A stretch of DNA of 64,000 nucleotides, from positions 64,001 through 128,000 of the forward strand of contig JBMNFY010000007.1 in NCBI GenBank assembly GCA_050949565.1, read 5' to 3'. Below are positions 1 to 10,162 of this stretch, in pieces. The position numbers and the translations under genes are program-made. Every line of letters starts with the position of its first letter. Positions within the stretch are counted from its first letter, which is position 1. Below the pieces are notes generated by a model, which was given only the letters and a program-made list of their open reading frames with translations, ran no database searches and was not told the DNA's origin. The stretch is from Kiritimatiellia bacterium. Its GTDB lineage: Bacteria > Verrucomicrobiota > Kiritimatiellia > RFP12 > UBA1067.

Positions 1-446
1 CCAGCGCCGTGACGCGTCTGTTGGACATCGGGGTTAAACCTTTCTTGGTTGCGTCCGCCTTGCGCGCGGCGATGGCGCAGCGCTTGGTGCGCTCGATTTG
101 CGATAAGTGCCGCGCGGAGTATGTGCCGACGGAACGAGAGCTGAAGATGCTCGGGGCAATCTCCCAGAACGCCAAGTTCTCAACGACGTCAACCATGTAC
201 AAGGGCAAGGGATGCGCGAGTTGTTCCCAGAGCGGCTACAAGGGACGTAAAGGTATTTTTGAAATTTTCCAGATTGACGATTCGATCCAACGCCTGATCT
301 TTGATCAAGCGCCTGCCACGGTGTTGCGTACCCGCGCGCGAGAGATGGGCATGCGGACGTTGCGTGAGGATGGAATGTTAAAGGTTGCCTCGGGCGTGAC
401 CACGCTTGAGGAAGTGTTGCGGGCCACAATGGGAGATGCAGACTGA
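1..446 (+). CDS. PilB/GspE-family secretion ATPase, C-terminal part (starts upstream of window)
   Basis: AQRLVR..C-x2-C, C-x2-C zinc motif, [27 protein letters not shown] typical of PilB/GspE C-termini. Confidence 0.9.
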   Translation, partial: SAVTRLLDIGVKPFLVASALRAAMAQRLVRSICDKCRAEYVPTERELKMLGAISQNAKFSTTSTMYKGKGCASCSQSGYKGRKGIFEIFQIDDSIQRLIFDQAPATVLRTRAREMGMRTLREDGMLKVASGVTTLEEVLRATMGDAD

Positions 447-1531
447 TGAGTACAGATATCAACATGAACGATTTGTTACAGGTAACGGTTAATGAAGGAT
501 CTTCCGACCTGCATATCCGCGTGGGTGTGCCGCCGATGCTGCGTATTCACGGCTCGCTGACACCTTTGGACAGTCCGCCGCTTACCGCCGAAGACACCGA
601 GACACTGGCGCGCTCGATCATGGCGGAGGACAAGCAGCAGGAGGTGGAGCAGTGCGGCGGCGCGGACTTCTCTCTGCCGTTTGGCGATCTGGCCCGTTTC
701 CGTGTGAGTGTCTTCAAGGAGCGTGGCAACTACGGCATTGTGCTGCGCCAGATCCCGAACAAGCTACTGACGTTGGAGCAGATCGGTCTGCCGGAGCAGG
801 TCAAAGAACTGCTGTTCAAGCCCCGCGGACTGATCCTGGTGACCGGCCCTACCGGTTCCGGTAAAACCACGACGCTGGCGTCGATGATTGATATCATCAA
901 CCAAGAGCGTGACGTGCACATCATCACGGTGGAAGACCCGATCGAATATTACCACCCGCATAAAAAATCGGTGGTGACCCAGCGCGAGATCGGCCATGAC
1001 GTGCCTACCTTCGCCGAGGCCATCCGCCGCGCGCTGCGCCAAGACCCGGACGTGATATTCGTCGGCGAAATGCGTGACTTGGAAACCATGCAGGCCGCGA
1101 TCACGGCTGCGGAAACCGGCCACTTGGTCTTCGCGACTCTGCATACCACCGGCGCTTCCGCGACGGTCGACCGTATCGTGGACGCCTTCCCCATTGACCA
1201 ACAGGAGCAGGTTCGCACGCAGCTTTCGGTGGGTTTGGTCGCGGTGATCTCGCAGTTGTTGCTGGCGCGCGTGGATAAGCCCGGACGCGTTGCGGCGTTT
1301 GAGATTATGATCTCGACGCCGTCGATCCGCTCGCGCATCCGCGACAACAAAACCTTCCAAATCAACTCCGACATCCAGACCGGTGCGAAGTACGGCATGA
1401 TCTCGCTCGATTCGCACTTGATGAGCCTTTATCTGGGCGGACTGATTTCGTATGACGATCTGGTGACGAAGTCGCAGGATCCTGACACGTTGGTCCAGAA
1501 GCTGAAGGAAGAGTTGCAGACAAGGAGGTAA
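446..1531 (+). CDS. pilT: Type IV pilus retraction ATPase PilT
   Basis: SDLHI, Walker [48 protein letters not shown]. Confidence 0.93.
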   Translation: MSTDINMNDLLQVTVNEGSSDLHIRVGVPPMLRIHGSLTPLDSPPLTAEDTETLARSIMAEDKQQEVEQCGGADFSLPFGDLARFRVSVFKERGNYGIVLRQIPNKLLTLEQIGLPEQVKELLFKPRGLILVTGPTGSGKTTTLASMIDIINQERDVHIITVEDPIEYYHPHKKSVVTQREIGHDVPTFAEAIRRALRQDPDVIFVGEMRDLETMQAAITAAETGHLVFATLHTTGASATVDRIVDAFPIDQQEQVRTQLSVGLVAVISQLLLARVDKPGRVAAFEIMISTPSIRSRIRDNKTFQINSDIQTGAKYGMISLDSHLMSLYLGGLISYDDLVTKSQDPDTLVQKLKEELQTRR

Positions 1532-1534
1532 GGC

Positions 1535-3256
1535 ATGTCGGGAGAAACTTTGGCACCGGTCACGCCGGCGTATGACCCTTTGCTTGATCTGGTGGTCAGC
1601 AATGGGATCATCGATCTGGAGCAGGCCGATGAATTGCGCGGGGATCAAGCGAACACAGGACGTCCGATCCGGCAACTGCTGGTCGACAACGGCTTTGTGA
1701 GCGAAGATGATCTGCTGGGAATGATGGCAGCCTATCAGGGATGCGATGTCGTTGACCTCTCGGTTATGGCTCTGGATCCCGAGGTGATCCAGAGTATTCC
1801 AGCCAGTGTCGCCCGCATGTATAGCGTCCTGCCGATCTATGCAACGGCCGGGACCGTCACGCTCGCCACGTCGAATCTGGTCGATCCACATGTGATGGAT
1901 GAGCTTATGTTCGTCCTGACCAAGGACGTACAGTTCGCAATGGCGCGCCAGAAGGATGTGGCGGACCTCGTCAAGGAACACTACGGGGATGAAAGCGCGT
2001 CGGTTTCCGACATGCTCAACAGCTTGGAGTCTGACCTGACGCTGGATACCTCGCTGGATGTGGACGAGACCGACGATAAGAGTCTGGAATCAGCGGCTGC
2101 GGCTGCCCCGGTCGTGCGGTTCGTAAACCTGGTGTTGTACCAGGCCGTGACGGACCGGGCCTCTGACATTCACTTCGAGCCGTTCGAGACCGATTTCAAG
2201 ATCCGCTACCGCGTAGACGGCGCGCTGTACGAGATGTCGCCGCCGCCGCGCCGTCTGGCGCTGCCGATCATCTCGCGCATCAAGGTCATGTCCGGTCTGA
2301 ACATCGCCGAACGCCGGGTCCCGCAGGACGGCCGTATTGCGTTGACCGTGGCGGGCCATCAGGTGGACCTGCGTGTGTCGTGTTTGCCCACCGCCCATGG
2401 CGAAAGCGTGGTGTTGCGTGTGCTCGACCGTAGCGCGGTCTCGCTCGACATTGAAAACATTGGGTTGCCTGAAGATATCTACGAAGTGTTGACGATGGAC
2501 ATCGAGAAGCCCAACGGCATCATTGTCGTGACGGGGCCGACCGGTTCCGGCAAGACCACGACGCTCTACTCCTGCCTGCGGCGTATTAACTCGGTCGAGT
2601 CTAAGCTGCTTACGGCAGAGGAGCCCGTCGAGTATGATATGGACGGCATCGTTCAGGTACAGATCAATCCCAGCGCCGGTAACACCTTTATCAAGGTGCT
2701 GCGCGCCTTCCTGCGTCAAGACCCTGACATTATCATGATCGGCGAAATTCGTGACTTGGAAACCGCCGAGATTGCGGTGCAGGCGTCGCTGACCGGCCAC
2801 TTGGTCTTCAGTACGTTGCACACCAACGACGCAGCCGGCGCGGTGACGCGGCTGATCGATATGGACGTCGCGCCGTATCTGATCGCCTCGACTTTGGAGG
2901 CAGTGCTGGCGCAACGGTTGGTGCGTACGATCTGCCTGAACTGCAAGGAGGGGTATGTGCCGGATGACGATACGTTGGAACGCATGGAACTCAAACGTCA
3001 GGATGTCGGCGATCGCTCGTTTTACTACGGTCGCGGATGCTCCAAATGTAACGGAACCGGCTACAAAGGCCGGAAAGGCGTGTTTGAGTATCTGCGCGTG
3101 AGTGATCCGATCCGCGATCTGATCAACGAGCGGCGGCCGACCCTGTTCATCCGTGAACGCGCGCGTGAATTGGGCATGCGTACCATGCGTGAGGACGCCA
3201 TCCGTAACGTGCTGGACGGCTACACGACGGTCGATGAGATTTTGCGTTACACGTAA
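1535..3256 (+). CDS. pilB: PilB/GspE assembly ATPase
   Basis: N-terminal MshEN/GSPII_N-like region, [37 protein letters not shown], tetracysteine motif. Confidence 0.9.
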   Translation: MSGETLAPVTPAYDPLLDLVVSNGIIDLEQADELRGDQANTGRPIRQLLVDNGFVSEDDLLGMMAAYQGCDVVDLSVMALDPEVIQSIPASVARMYSVLPIYATAGTVTLATSNLVDPHVMDELMFVLTKDVQFAMARQKDVADLVKEHYGDESASVSDMLNSLESDLTLDTSLDVDETDDKSLESAAAAAPVVRFVNLVLYQAVTDRASDIHFEPFETDFKIRYRVDGALYEMSPPPRRLALPIISRIKVMSGLNIAERRVPQDGRIALTVAGHQVDLRVSCLPTAHGESVVLRVLDRSAVSLDIENIGLPEDIYEVLTMDIEKPNGIIVVTGPTGSGKTTTLYSCLRRINSVESKLLTAEEPVEYDMDGIVQVQINPSAGNTFIKVLRAFLRQDPDIIMIGEIRDLETAEIAVQASLTGHLVFSTLHTNDAAGAVTRLIDMDVAPYLIASTLEAVLAQRLVRTICLNCKEGYVPDDDTLERMELKRQDVGDRSFYYGRGCSKCNGTGYKGRKGVFEYLRVSDPIRDLINERRPTLFIRERARELGMRTMREDAIRNVLDGYTTVDEILRYT

Positions 3257-3275
3257 GAGAGTAAAGAGAGACGGT

Positions 3276-4196
3276 ATGGAAAACGTTGTGATCATTGGAA
3301 GCGGCCCGGCAGGACTGACGGCAGCAATCTATGCGGCTCGGGCCAGTTTGAATCCTATTGTGATCGAGGGGATGCAGCCGGGCGGTCAGCTCACGCAAAC
3401 CTCAGATGTCGAGAACTTCCCCGGGTTTGAGGATCCGATTACGGGTACAGAGCTCGTCACCGCCATGCGCAAGCAAGCCGAGCGTTTGGGTGTACGCTAT
3501 ATGATGGATGAAGTCACGGGATGTGACTTTTCGGGTGAAACCAAAAAGCTCTCGCTGATGGTCGGCGACATGCTGGAAACCCGCACCGTGATTATAGCGA
3601 CTGGCGCTAGTGCTCGTTATCTGGGGCTCGATTCGGAACAAAAACTAATCGGCAAAGGCGTCTCGGCCTGTGCCACGTGCGACGGCGCGTTTTTCAAAGG
3701 ACGCCCCGTGGCGGTCGTCGGCGGCGGTGACACGGCGATGGAGGAGGCCCTCTATCTGTCGCGCATAGCATCGCATGTGACCGTCATCCACCGCCGCGAC
3801 GAGTTCCGCGCGTCCAAAATTATGGCGGATCGCGTACTCGCCGCGCCGGCCATCGACGTGCGCTGGGATTCGGTGGTTGAAGAGGTGCTGGATGTCGCCA
3901 AGGGCGAGGTCACCGGTCTGCGCCTGCGTAACGTCAAGACCCAAGCGATTGACGACCTGCCCGTCGAGGGTGTGTTCATGGCGATCGGACACATACCCAA
4001 TACGGCAGCCTTCGACGGCCAGTTGGAACGCGACGACGAAGGTTACATCGTTACGGAGAACACGCGCACGTCAGTGCCCGGCGTGTTCGCTGCGGGCGAT
4101 GTTCAGGACCGCCACTACAAGCAGGCGGTCACGGCGGCGGGAACAGGCTGCATAGCGGCGTTGGAGGCCGAGCGGTTCCTGGTCACACACGGATAA
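3276..4196 (+). CDS. trxB: Thioredoxin-disulfide reductase
   Basis: IIGSGPAG, CATCDG redox motif, GGGDTAMEEA, GVFAAGDV; start reassigned to ATG 3276. Confidence 0.96.
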   Translation: MENVVIIGSGPAGLTAAIYAARASLNPIVIEGMQPGGQLTQTSDVENFPGFEDPITGTELVTAMRKQAERLGVRYMMDEVTGCDFSGETKKLSLMVGDMLETRTVIIATGASARYLGLDSEQKLIGKGVSACATCDGAFFKGRPVAVVGGGDTAMEEALYLSRIASHVTVIHRRDEFRASKIMADRVLAAPAIDVRWDSVVEEVLDVAKGEVTGLRLRNVKTQAIDDLPVEGVFMAIGHIPNTAAFDGQLERDDEGYIVTENTRTSVPGVFAAGDVQDRHYKQAVTAAGTGCIAALEAERFLVTHG

Positions 4197-4197
4197 T

Positions 4198-6180
4198 ATG
4201 GCTGAGTTTTTCGACAGAGAGTATACGGCCCGGGAAGCGTACGGACGTCTCTACCAGTATGCCCGGAAATACCGCGGACGCCTGTTGGTCGGCCTGCTGG
4301 CCGGCCTTGTCACGGCCGGTTCGTGGGTGCCGATCTTTCAAGTCATTCAGCCGGTTTTAAGGCAAGTACAACGGGCCGATGAGCGAAGCCACGGGATCAT
4401 GCCCGCCGCTCAAGAGGCCCCGCCTGCAAGCCCCGCGCCGCCGCATGCTACGCTTGATGACGACCTGAAGGATCTGATCAAGCAGGATATCGCCGGCGCA
4501 CGCGATGGCAAACGTGAAGTCGCGTTGCCCGCTTGGTTCGACAAAGCGGAGAGTTACGCCAACCGTTTGGGCATCACCTTTCGCGACGCGCAGGGCCACA
4601 TGACCGGCCAATTGCTGATGCTGACGCTCTTCGTAGTGCCGCTCGTGATGCTGCTGAAGATGGTCGCGATGTACATGAACAACTACTTCCTGCGCTGGAC
4701 CGGTGCCAAGGTGGTGCAGGATTTCCGCGTGGCCATGTTCCGCCATCTGCAATCTCAAGGGTTGCATTTTTTTGGGCGGACCGATGTCGGGCAGTTGATG
4801 AGCCGTTGTACCAACGATCCGCAGCAGGTGGATCATGTGATCTCGCATACGCTGGCGGATCTGTGTCGCGCGCCTTTTGAAATTCTCGTGGCGGTCGGGT
4901 ATGTGATCTACTTCGCCATCAAAAACAACATGCTGGAAACCTTGGTGCTGGTGCTGTTCGGGTTCCCGTTGATTCTGTTGCCGATGGCGGTCTTGGGTTC
5001 GCTGGTGCGCCGTTGGTCGCGCAGGGCCCTGCACCGCATCTCGTTCATCTCCTCGAAGATCCATGAAAATCTGACCTGCATCCGTGTGGTGAAGGCCTAC
5101 CATACCGAAGAATACGAGATTGAGAGATATCGGAAAGTCAATCAGCACTATGTGAAGAGTGTGCTGCGTGCGCTGCGGATTGAGTTACTGATCACGCCTT
5201 CGGTGGAGTGCGTAGGCATTTTTCTGATCTTCGTCTTCGTGATCTACTGCTTCTTCCGCAAGATCGCGATTCATGAAATCGTGCCGCTGCTCGTGCCGTT
5301 CTTCGTGGCCTACCGGCCGATGAAACAACTCGGCAAGGTGCAGGCCCAAATTGAGCGGGGACGCGCGGCGCTGACCCGCATGTTTTCACTGTTGGATACG
5401 GATTTCAGTCTGCCGCTGGCGGCGGATCCGGTGCGCAAGGCGAGCTTTGATGACCGCGTGCGCTTTGACCACGTTGATTTCCGTTATGGCGAAGGACCGG
5501 AACTGACCATCAAAGACGTATCATTTGAGATCCCGCTCGGATCGGTCGTCGCGGTGGTCGGCGGCACCGGCTCAGGCAAAACCACGCTCGCCAACTTGCT
5601 GGCCCGCTTCTACGATCCGGTTGCGGGTTCGGTCTCCATGGACGGCATCGATATGCGCCAGCTCGATATCGGCGATTTGCGCAGCTTGATCGGCGTGGTG
5701 ACGCAGGAAACCGTGCTGTTCAATGACACGATCGCATTCAACATCGCCTATGGTACGCCGGATGCCACGCGCGAGCAGATCATCGCAGCCGCCAAGTTGG
5801 CGAACGCGCATGACTTCATCATGGCGCAGCCCGAAGGCTACGACCGCGTAGCAGGCGAAAAGGGATTTGCTCTGAGCGGCGGCGAACGGCAGCGCGTGGC
5901 GATCGCGCGCGCGATTCTCAAAAATCCGCCGATCCTGATTCTGGACGAAGCGACCAGCGCGCTGGACACGGTGACCGAGCGTCTGGTACAGGATGCAATT
6001 AACAAGCTGATGGCGAACCGCACGACGTTTGCAATTGCGCACCGGCTGAGCACGATCCGCAACGCCGATCTGATTTTAGTGCTGGACAAGGGCCGCATCA
6101 TCGAGCGCGGGACACATGAGCAGCTCTACACGGCGTCCGGAGCGTACCGGAAGCTGTGCGATATGCAGATGCTGGCGTGA
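4198..6180 (+). CDS. MsbA-like ABC exporter (permease + ATPase)
   Basis: TM domain followed by GGTGSGKTT, LSGGERQR, ILILDEATSALD, IAHRLST. Confidence 0.9.
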   Translation: MAEFFDREYTAREAYGRLYQYARKYRGRLLVGLLAGLVTAGSWVPIFQVIQPVLRQVQRADERSHGIMPAAQEAPPASPAPPHATLDDDLKDLIKQDIAGARDGKREVALPAWFDKAESYANRLGITFRDAQGHMTGQLLMLTLFVVPLVMLLKMVAMYMNNYFLRWTGAKVVQDFRVAMFRHLQSQGLHFFGRTDVGQLMSRCTNDPQQVDHVISHTLADLCRAPFEILVAVGYVIYFAIKNNMLETLVLVLFGFPLILLPMAVLGSLVRRWSRRALHRISFISSKIHENLTCIRVVKAYHTEEYEIERYRKVNQHYVKSVLRALRIELLITPSVECVGIFLIFVFVIYCFFRKIAIHEIVPLLVPFFVAYRPMKQLGKVQAQIERGRAALTRMFSLLDTDFSLPLAADPVRKASFDDRVRFDHVDFRYGEGPELTIKDVSFEIPLGSVVAVVGGTGSGKTTLANLLARFYDPVAGSVSMDGIDMRQLDIGDLRSLIGVVTQETVLFNDTIAFNIAYGTPDATREQIIAAAKLANAHDFIMAQPEGYDRVAGEKGFALSGGERQRVAIARAILKNPPILILDEATSALDTVTERLVQDAINKLMANRTTFAIAHRLSTIRNADLILVLDKGRIIERGTHEQLYTASGAYRKLCDMQMLA

Positions 6181-6183
6181 GGC

Positions 6184-6234
6184 GTGGCATGGGCGTCCCG
6201 CCCATGAGACACGCGGGCAGGATGCCCGTGCCAC
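6184..6234. repeat. REP-like double hairpin (GTGGCATGGGCGTCCCGCCCATG...GGGCAGGATGCCCGTGCCAC)
   Basis: Inverted near-identical copy at 28780-28828; partial copies near 31608-31632 and 45095-45115. Confidence 0.85.
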
Positions 6235-6278
6235 ATCTGCGATCAGGCAGACGGGGACGGTAGGGGAGGGAGAACGAG

Positions 6279-7901
6279 ATGGGGAAGCACAAGGGGAATC
6301 TTGAGTCGCGCATTTTCAGGGCGGGGGGCTTCGTCCTGATCGCGCATATCTTGTTCAAACTGGCGGGGTTGATTCAGGCGAAGGCCATGGGGCACTACCT
6401 GCCGCAGACGACATTTGATGTCGTCTACGCCTTCGCTTTTGAGAACTGCATCTTCATGTTATTCCTGATCGGCGAGGAGGTGCTGGGGCCGGCATTCTTG
6501 CCGGTCTTCATGCGCGAATTGGACATCGAGTCAGAAAAAAGCGCTTGGTCGTTCGCTAACACTGTCCTAACCTTGCAGTTCATCTTGCTCGTCATCGTGG
6601 CGTGCGCATTGTGCCTCGCGCCGTCACTAGCCGTCAACGTGCTGACACATTGGCGGCCGGATTCCACTCCGGAGAAATATGCGTTGGCGACACAAAGCGT
6701 TCGAACGTTGGCGCCAGCTTTGATCGGCTTGTCGCTGGGCTCGACAACCTACGTGCTGCTCAACAGCTACAAGCGTTTCTTTCTAGCGGCCTTCGGTGAT
6801 GCCGTGTGGAAATTCGCAGTGGTGTTTTTCCTGGTCATTGGCGCGATGTTTGCGTACGACAGCGCGCAGGTGCTGATGTGGGGGCTCGTCGCGGGGTCGT
6901 TGTGCAAGGTCGGTACGCACCTCTTCGGCCTGCGCGATAAACTGCACCACTTCCGTCCCGAGCTTGCGTTCTCGCATCCGGCCTTCAAGCGTTTCTGTTG
7001 GTTGGCACTGCCGCTGCTGGCCGGAATTCTGATGGCCAAGGTCCGCGATACGGTGAATAGCGTTTACCTGTTGAGCGCTCTGGATCAATCCGGACTGATG
7101 CAGGCCAACTCGATGGGACGCAAGTTACAGAGCACGTTGCTTTTCCTGATTCCCTATACGCTGTCGATCGCGGCCTTTCCCTTCTTCTGCGAGCTGGTTG
7201 ACAGAAATGACCACCAAAAGCTCGGCGAATTGGTCACCCGCTTTGGGCGTATGCTGCTCTCGGTGTTTGCGCCTTTCTCCCTGTTTGTCGCTGTGGCTGC
7301 CGTGCCCTTCACTTCATTGATTTTCAGGGGTGGGCACTTCGATGCGGTGGCGGTGCAGCGGACGGCGGTCTCGCTCGCCTGCTACACCCTTGTGCTCCCT
7401 GCTGCCGCGATCGAAGCGCTGGTGATGCAGGCTTTTTTCGCCAACCGCCGCATGCTGGCGGTCACGCTCATCGGCATCCTTTTCTCTTCGTTCAGCATCT
7501 TGGTTAGTTGGGTGGGGCTCAAGGTGAGCGGCGGACACGACTTGCTGCTGCTCGCATTCATCGCGGGCGGGTTCACGCTTTCACGCACATTCAAAAGCGT
7601 GGCATTGGTGGAAATGCTCAAGAAAAACGCGCCGGTTTTCCCGTTTCGCCAGACAGTGGCCTTTCTGCTTCGCGTGGGGCTGGCCGCTGGTTTGGCGTCC
7701 GGGCTGAGTTGGCTGCTGCTGGAGCGGGTGCCGATGATCGCCGACCTGCACGGGCGGACGGGCGACCTGATCAAGCTATCCGTCGCAGGGGCGGCGTTCG
7801 GTCTGGTCTATCTCATTGCCGCCTACGCACTGCGCATCAGTGAAATCCATGAACTGTTCACGTTGCTCTGGAAGGGTCGGCGTCGCCCGAGCCCGAGTTG
7901 A
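6279..7901 (+). CDS. murJ: MurJ/MviN-family lipid II flippase
   Basis: Many TM helices; GEE..GPAFLPVF, IFRGGHFDA, QAFFA motifs. Confidence 0.8.
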   Translation: MGKHKGNLESRIFRAGGFVLIAHILFKLAGLIQAKAMGHYLPQTTFDVVYAFAFENCIFMLFLIGEEVLGPAFLPVFMRELDIESEKSAWSFANTVLTLQFILLVIVACALCLAPSLAVNVLTHWRPDSTPEKYALATQSVRTLAPALIGLSLGSTTYVLLNSYKRFFLAAFGDAVWKFAVVFFLVIGAMFAYDSAQVLMWGLVAGSLCKVGTHLFGLRDKLHHFRPELAFSHPAFKRFCWLALPLLAGILMAKVRDTVNSVYLLSALDQSGLMQANSMGRKLQSTLLFLIPYTLSIAAFPFFCELVDRNDHQKLGELVTRFGRMLLSVFAPFSLFVAVAAVPFTSLIFRGGHFDAVAVQRTAVSLACYTLVLPAAAIEALVMQAFFANRRMLAVTLIGILFSSFSILVSWVGLKVSGGHDLLLLAFIAGGFTLSRTFKSVALVEMLKKNAPVFPFRQTVAFLLRVGLAAGLASGLSWLLLERVPMIADLHGRTGDLIKLSVAGAAFGLVYLIAAYALRISEIHELFTLLWKGRRRPSPS

Positions 7902-7944
7902 TGACTTAGCCGATCATCCAGGCTGTACCACCGCTCGATCGAGA

Positions 7945-8070
7945 CCCTTGTCCGTGTGTTCAGTGTATTCCGTGGTTCCCAAACCCCGAGCCATGCCCCT
8001 CCCACAAAAACCTTCGTGCCCCTCGCGTGAGAAAAAAATGAGCAACACCCCCCTGTCACCAACCGATTAC
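7945..8070 (+). repeat. Composite intergenic repeat ending in CCCCTGTCACCAACCGATTAC
   Basis: Same module order as reverse complement of 43651-43780. Confidence 0.85.
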
Positions 8071-8141
8071 ACCCCACGCTAAATCATTCTTGGTTGTGTA
8101 GATAATATGTGCTACGGTGTAACCACGAAATGGGGAGTCCT

Positions 8142-8327
8142 ATGGCGAAATGTTCATTAACAGCGTTTGTCGAGCGTGAGGGAGACGGTTTTGTTTCCCT
8201 CTGTCCCGAACTGGACATTGCCAGTCAGGGAAAAACGGTTGAAGAGGCTGCGGCTAACTTGCGGGAGGCTGTTGAACTCTACTTGGAGTGTGCTGATGCA
8301 CAAGAAATTAAATTAAGAGCCGTTTAG
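8142..8327 (+). CDS. HicB-like antitoxin (short, no adjacent HicA)
   Basis: EREGDGFVSLCPELDIASQGKTVEEAAANLREAVELYLE. Confidence 0.85.
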   Translation: MAKCSLTAFVEREGDGFVSLCPELDIASQGKTVEEAAANLREAVELYLECADAQEIKLRAV

Positions 8328-8341
8328 AAAAGGATGAACGT

Positions 8342-8572
8342 ATGGCTACGAAGATCGAAGCTCTGGAAACAAAAGTACTGGAACTGGGAATCGAGGATAG
8401 GGCTCGTTTGGCCGAGAAACTCATACTCAGCCTAGACGCGCCAGAGGAAGAGGAGAACCTGCGCCTGTGGGTTGCAGAAGCCGAGCAGCGGCTACATCAA
8501 CTTCGGGCTGGCAAAGCCACAGAGATACCTGCGCGCGATGTGTTTCGCCGCGCGAGGGCTGCGCTTACATGA
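8342..8572 (+). CDS. Putative addiction-module antitoxin component
   Basis: L..EDRARLAEKLILSLD..W.AEAEQR pattern; overlaps downstream toxin start. Confidence 0.85.
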   Translation: MATKIEALETKVLELGIEDRARLAEKLILSLDAPEEEENLRLWVAEAEQRLHQLRAGKATEIPARDVFRRARAALT

Positions 8573-8865
8573 AGCGTGTGACCTTCCACGAGGATGCAGA
8601 CGCCGAACTGATCGAGGCGGCTCGCTACTACGAGGCAAGAACGCCGAGCCTGGGGCTGGCACTCTTGCTTGATATTGAGGATGCTGTCGAGCAGATTCAG
8701 GCCAACCCAGAGGCGTTCCCGTTGGTCGGTACGGAAGTGCGACACAAGTTGCTGCGGCGGTTCCCGTACAGCGTCATGTATGCTATTGAACCCGACCGTA
8801 TACGTGTCGTGGCTGTCGCTCACCAGCGACGGCGACCTAGTTACTGGCTTCACCGTTTGACCTGA
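8569..8865 (+). CDS. ParE/RelE-family toxin
   Basis: FHEDADAELIEAARYY..LRRFPYSVMY..VAVAHQRRRPSYW; ATGA overlap with antitoxin. Confidence 0.9.
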   Translation: MKRVTFHEDADAELIEAARYYEARTPSLGLALLLDIEDAVEQIQANPEAFPLVGTEVRHKLLRRFPYSVMYAIEPDRIRVVAVAHQRRRPSYWLHRLT

Positions 8866-8953
8866 AACACCTGTTCCTGTTTGAGCGTGAGTTTCCAGAT
8901 CTCCGGCAACGACGTTGTGACCGAGGTGCTAAAGTCGTACAGAGGAGAGTGAG

Positions 8954-10162
8954 ATGCAGCTGATTTCAAACAACAAAACTCTTGTTAAGACGCTTGTTCG
9001 ATTGATCAATAGTTATACGGATATCTCATTTGCTGTCGCTTGGGCAACCGCAAATCACAAAATCTTCTCTCTGCTAAAGGAGAATTCTTCGAAGATTTCA
9101 CGAGCGGTAATTGGGATCCACTTTTACCAGACCCATCCAGAGGTTCTAAAATCTTTCAAAGAATCAGAAAACGTGCGATTCATCTTTCAAACAGAAGGCG
9201 TATTCCACCCGAAGATCTACCTGTTCAAGTCGAAACATAAATGGGAGGCCATAATTGGTAGCGCAAATTTGACAGCAGGAGCGCTTGGCCGTAATGCAGA
9301 GGCCGTAATATTGATCGGGGGAATGTTAGATGCAGCGAGCGGAATGCCAATTGAGCTAGACAAGCTGATCGAAAGCTACTGGAACGAAGCGAGATCGGCT
9401 AATTCCCATGATGTCGTCGCGTACCAAGCGGTTTGGACAGAACGGCAGCCCGTTATCAAAAGGCTGTCAGGAAAATACGGGGCGGGCAAGGCATCGAAGA
9501 CGGTAATTGAGTCATCTGTAATGACAATGGCGTGGCCGCAGTACTACCAAGCCGTTACCAGAGACAAGCATCACGGCTTTGAGGGTAGATGTGAATTGCT
9601 AAAGGTCGTATCGGCAGCATTCTTAGATTATGACTCGTTTATGGAAATGACGTTGCCGTTGCGAAAGACTATAGCCGGCCTTCCAAACGATAAGGAGAGC
9701 CATTGGGGCTGGTTCGGAAGTATGCGGGGGGCTGGGCACTACCATCAAGCAGTTAACGAAAATAACGCGCACCTTTCAGCTGCGCTTGATGAAATCCCCC
9801 TTCGCGGCATAATCACAAAACGGGAATATGACTCCTACATAAAGAAGTTCATTCTCGCCTTTCCAAACGGACGGCATGGCGTTGGAATTGCGAGCCGTTT
9901 GCTTGCGATGAAAAGACCGGATCAATTTGTTTGTCTCAGTTCAAAAAACAAAAGAGGTCTGTGTAAGGATTTCGGAATAACGCAGTCGAAAATTGACTAC
10001 GACTTCTATTGGGAGGAATTTATTGAGCGGATACGAGACGCCCCTTGGTGGAAATCCGATGAGCCAGAGGAAAAATCTGAAAGAGGGGTGTGGCTTGGAA
10101 GAGCGGCAATGCTTGATGCAATATTCTACGAGGGAAAAGAAATCAAACCCGACGAACCATGA
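8954..10162 (+). CDS. PLD/HKD-domain nuclease (NgoFVII-like N-terminus) with uncharacterised C-terminal domain
   Basis: FAVAWA, FHPKIYLF, IIGSANLT..N.EA; lower GC than flanks; GAGGAG RBS. Confidence 0.8.
   Translation: MQLISNNKTLVKTLVRLINSYTDISFAVAWATANHKIFSLLKENSSKISRAVIGIHFYQTHPEVLKSFKESENVRFIFQTEGVFHPKIYLFKSKHKWEAIIGSANLTAGALGRNAEAVILIGGMLDAASGMPIELDKLIESYWNEARSANSHDVVAYQAVWTERQPVIKRLSGKYGAGKASKTVIESSVMTMAWPQYYQAVTRDKHHGFEGRCELLKVVSAAFLDYDSFMEMTLPLRKTIAGLPNDKESHWGWFGSMRGAGHYHQAVNENNAHLSAALDEIPLRGIITKREYDSYIKKFILAFPNGRHGVGIASRLLAMKRPDQFVCLSSKNKRGLCKDFGITQSKIDYDFYWEEFIERIRDAPWWKSDEPEEKSERGVWLGRAAMLDAIFYEGKEIKPDEP

Noticed and set aside
764-3295. Long antisense ORFs opposite pilT/pilB and other core genes
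   Set aside because: Shadow frames caused by high GC3 codon bias
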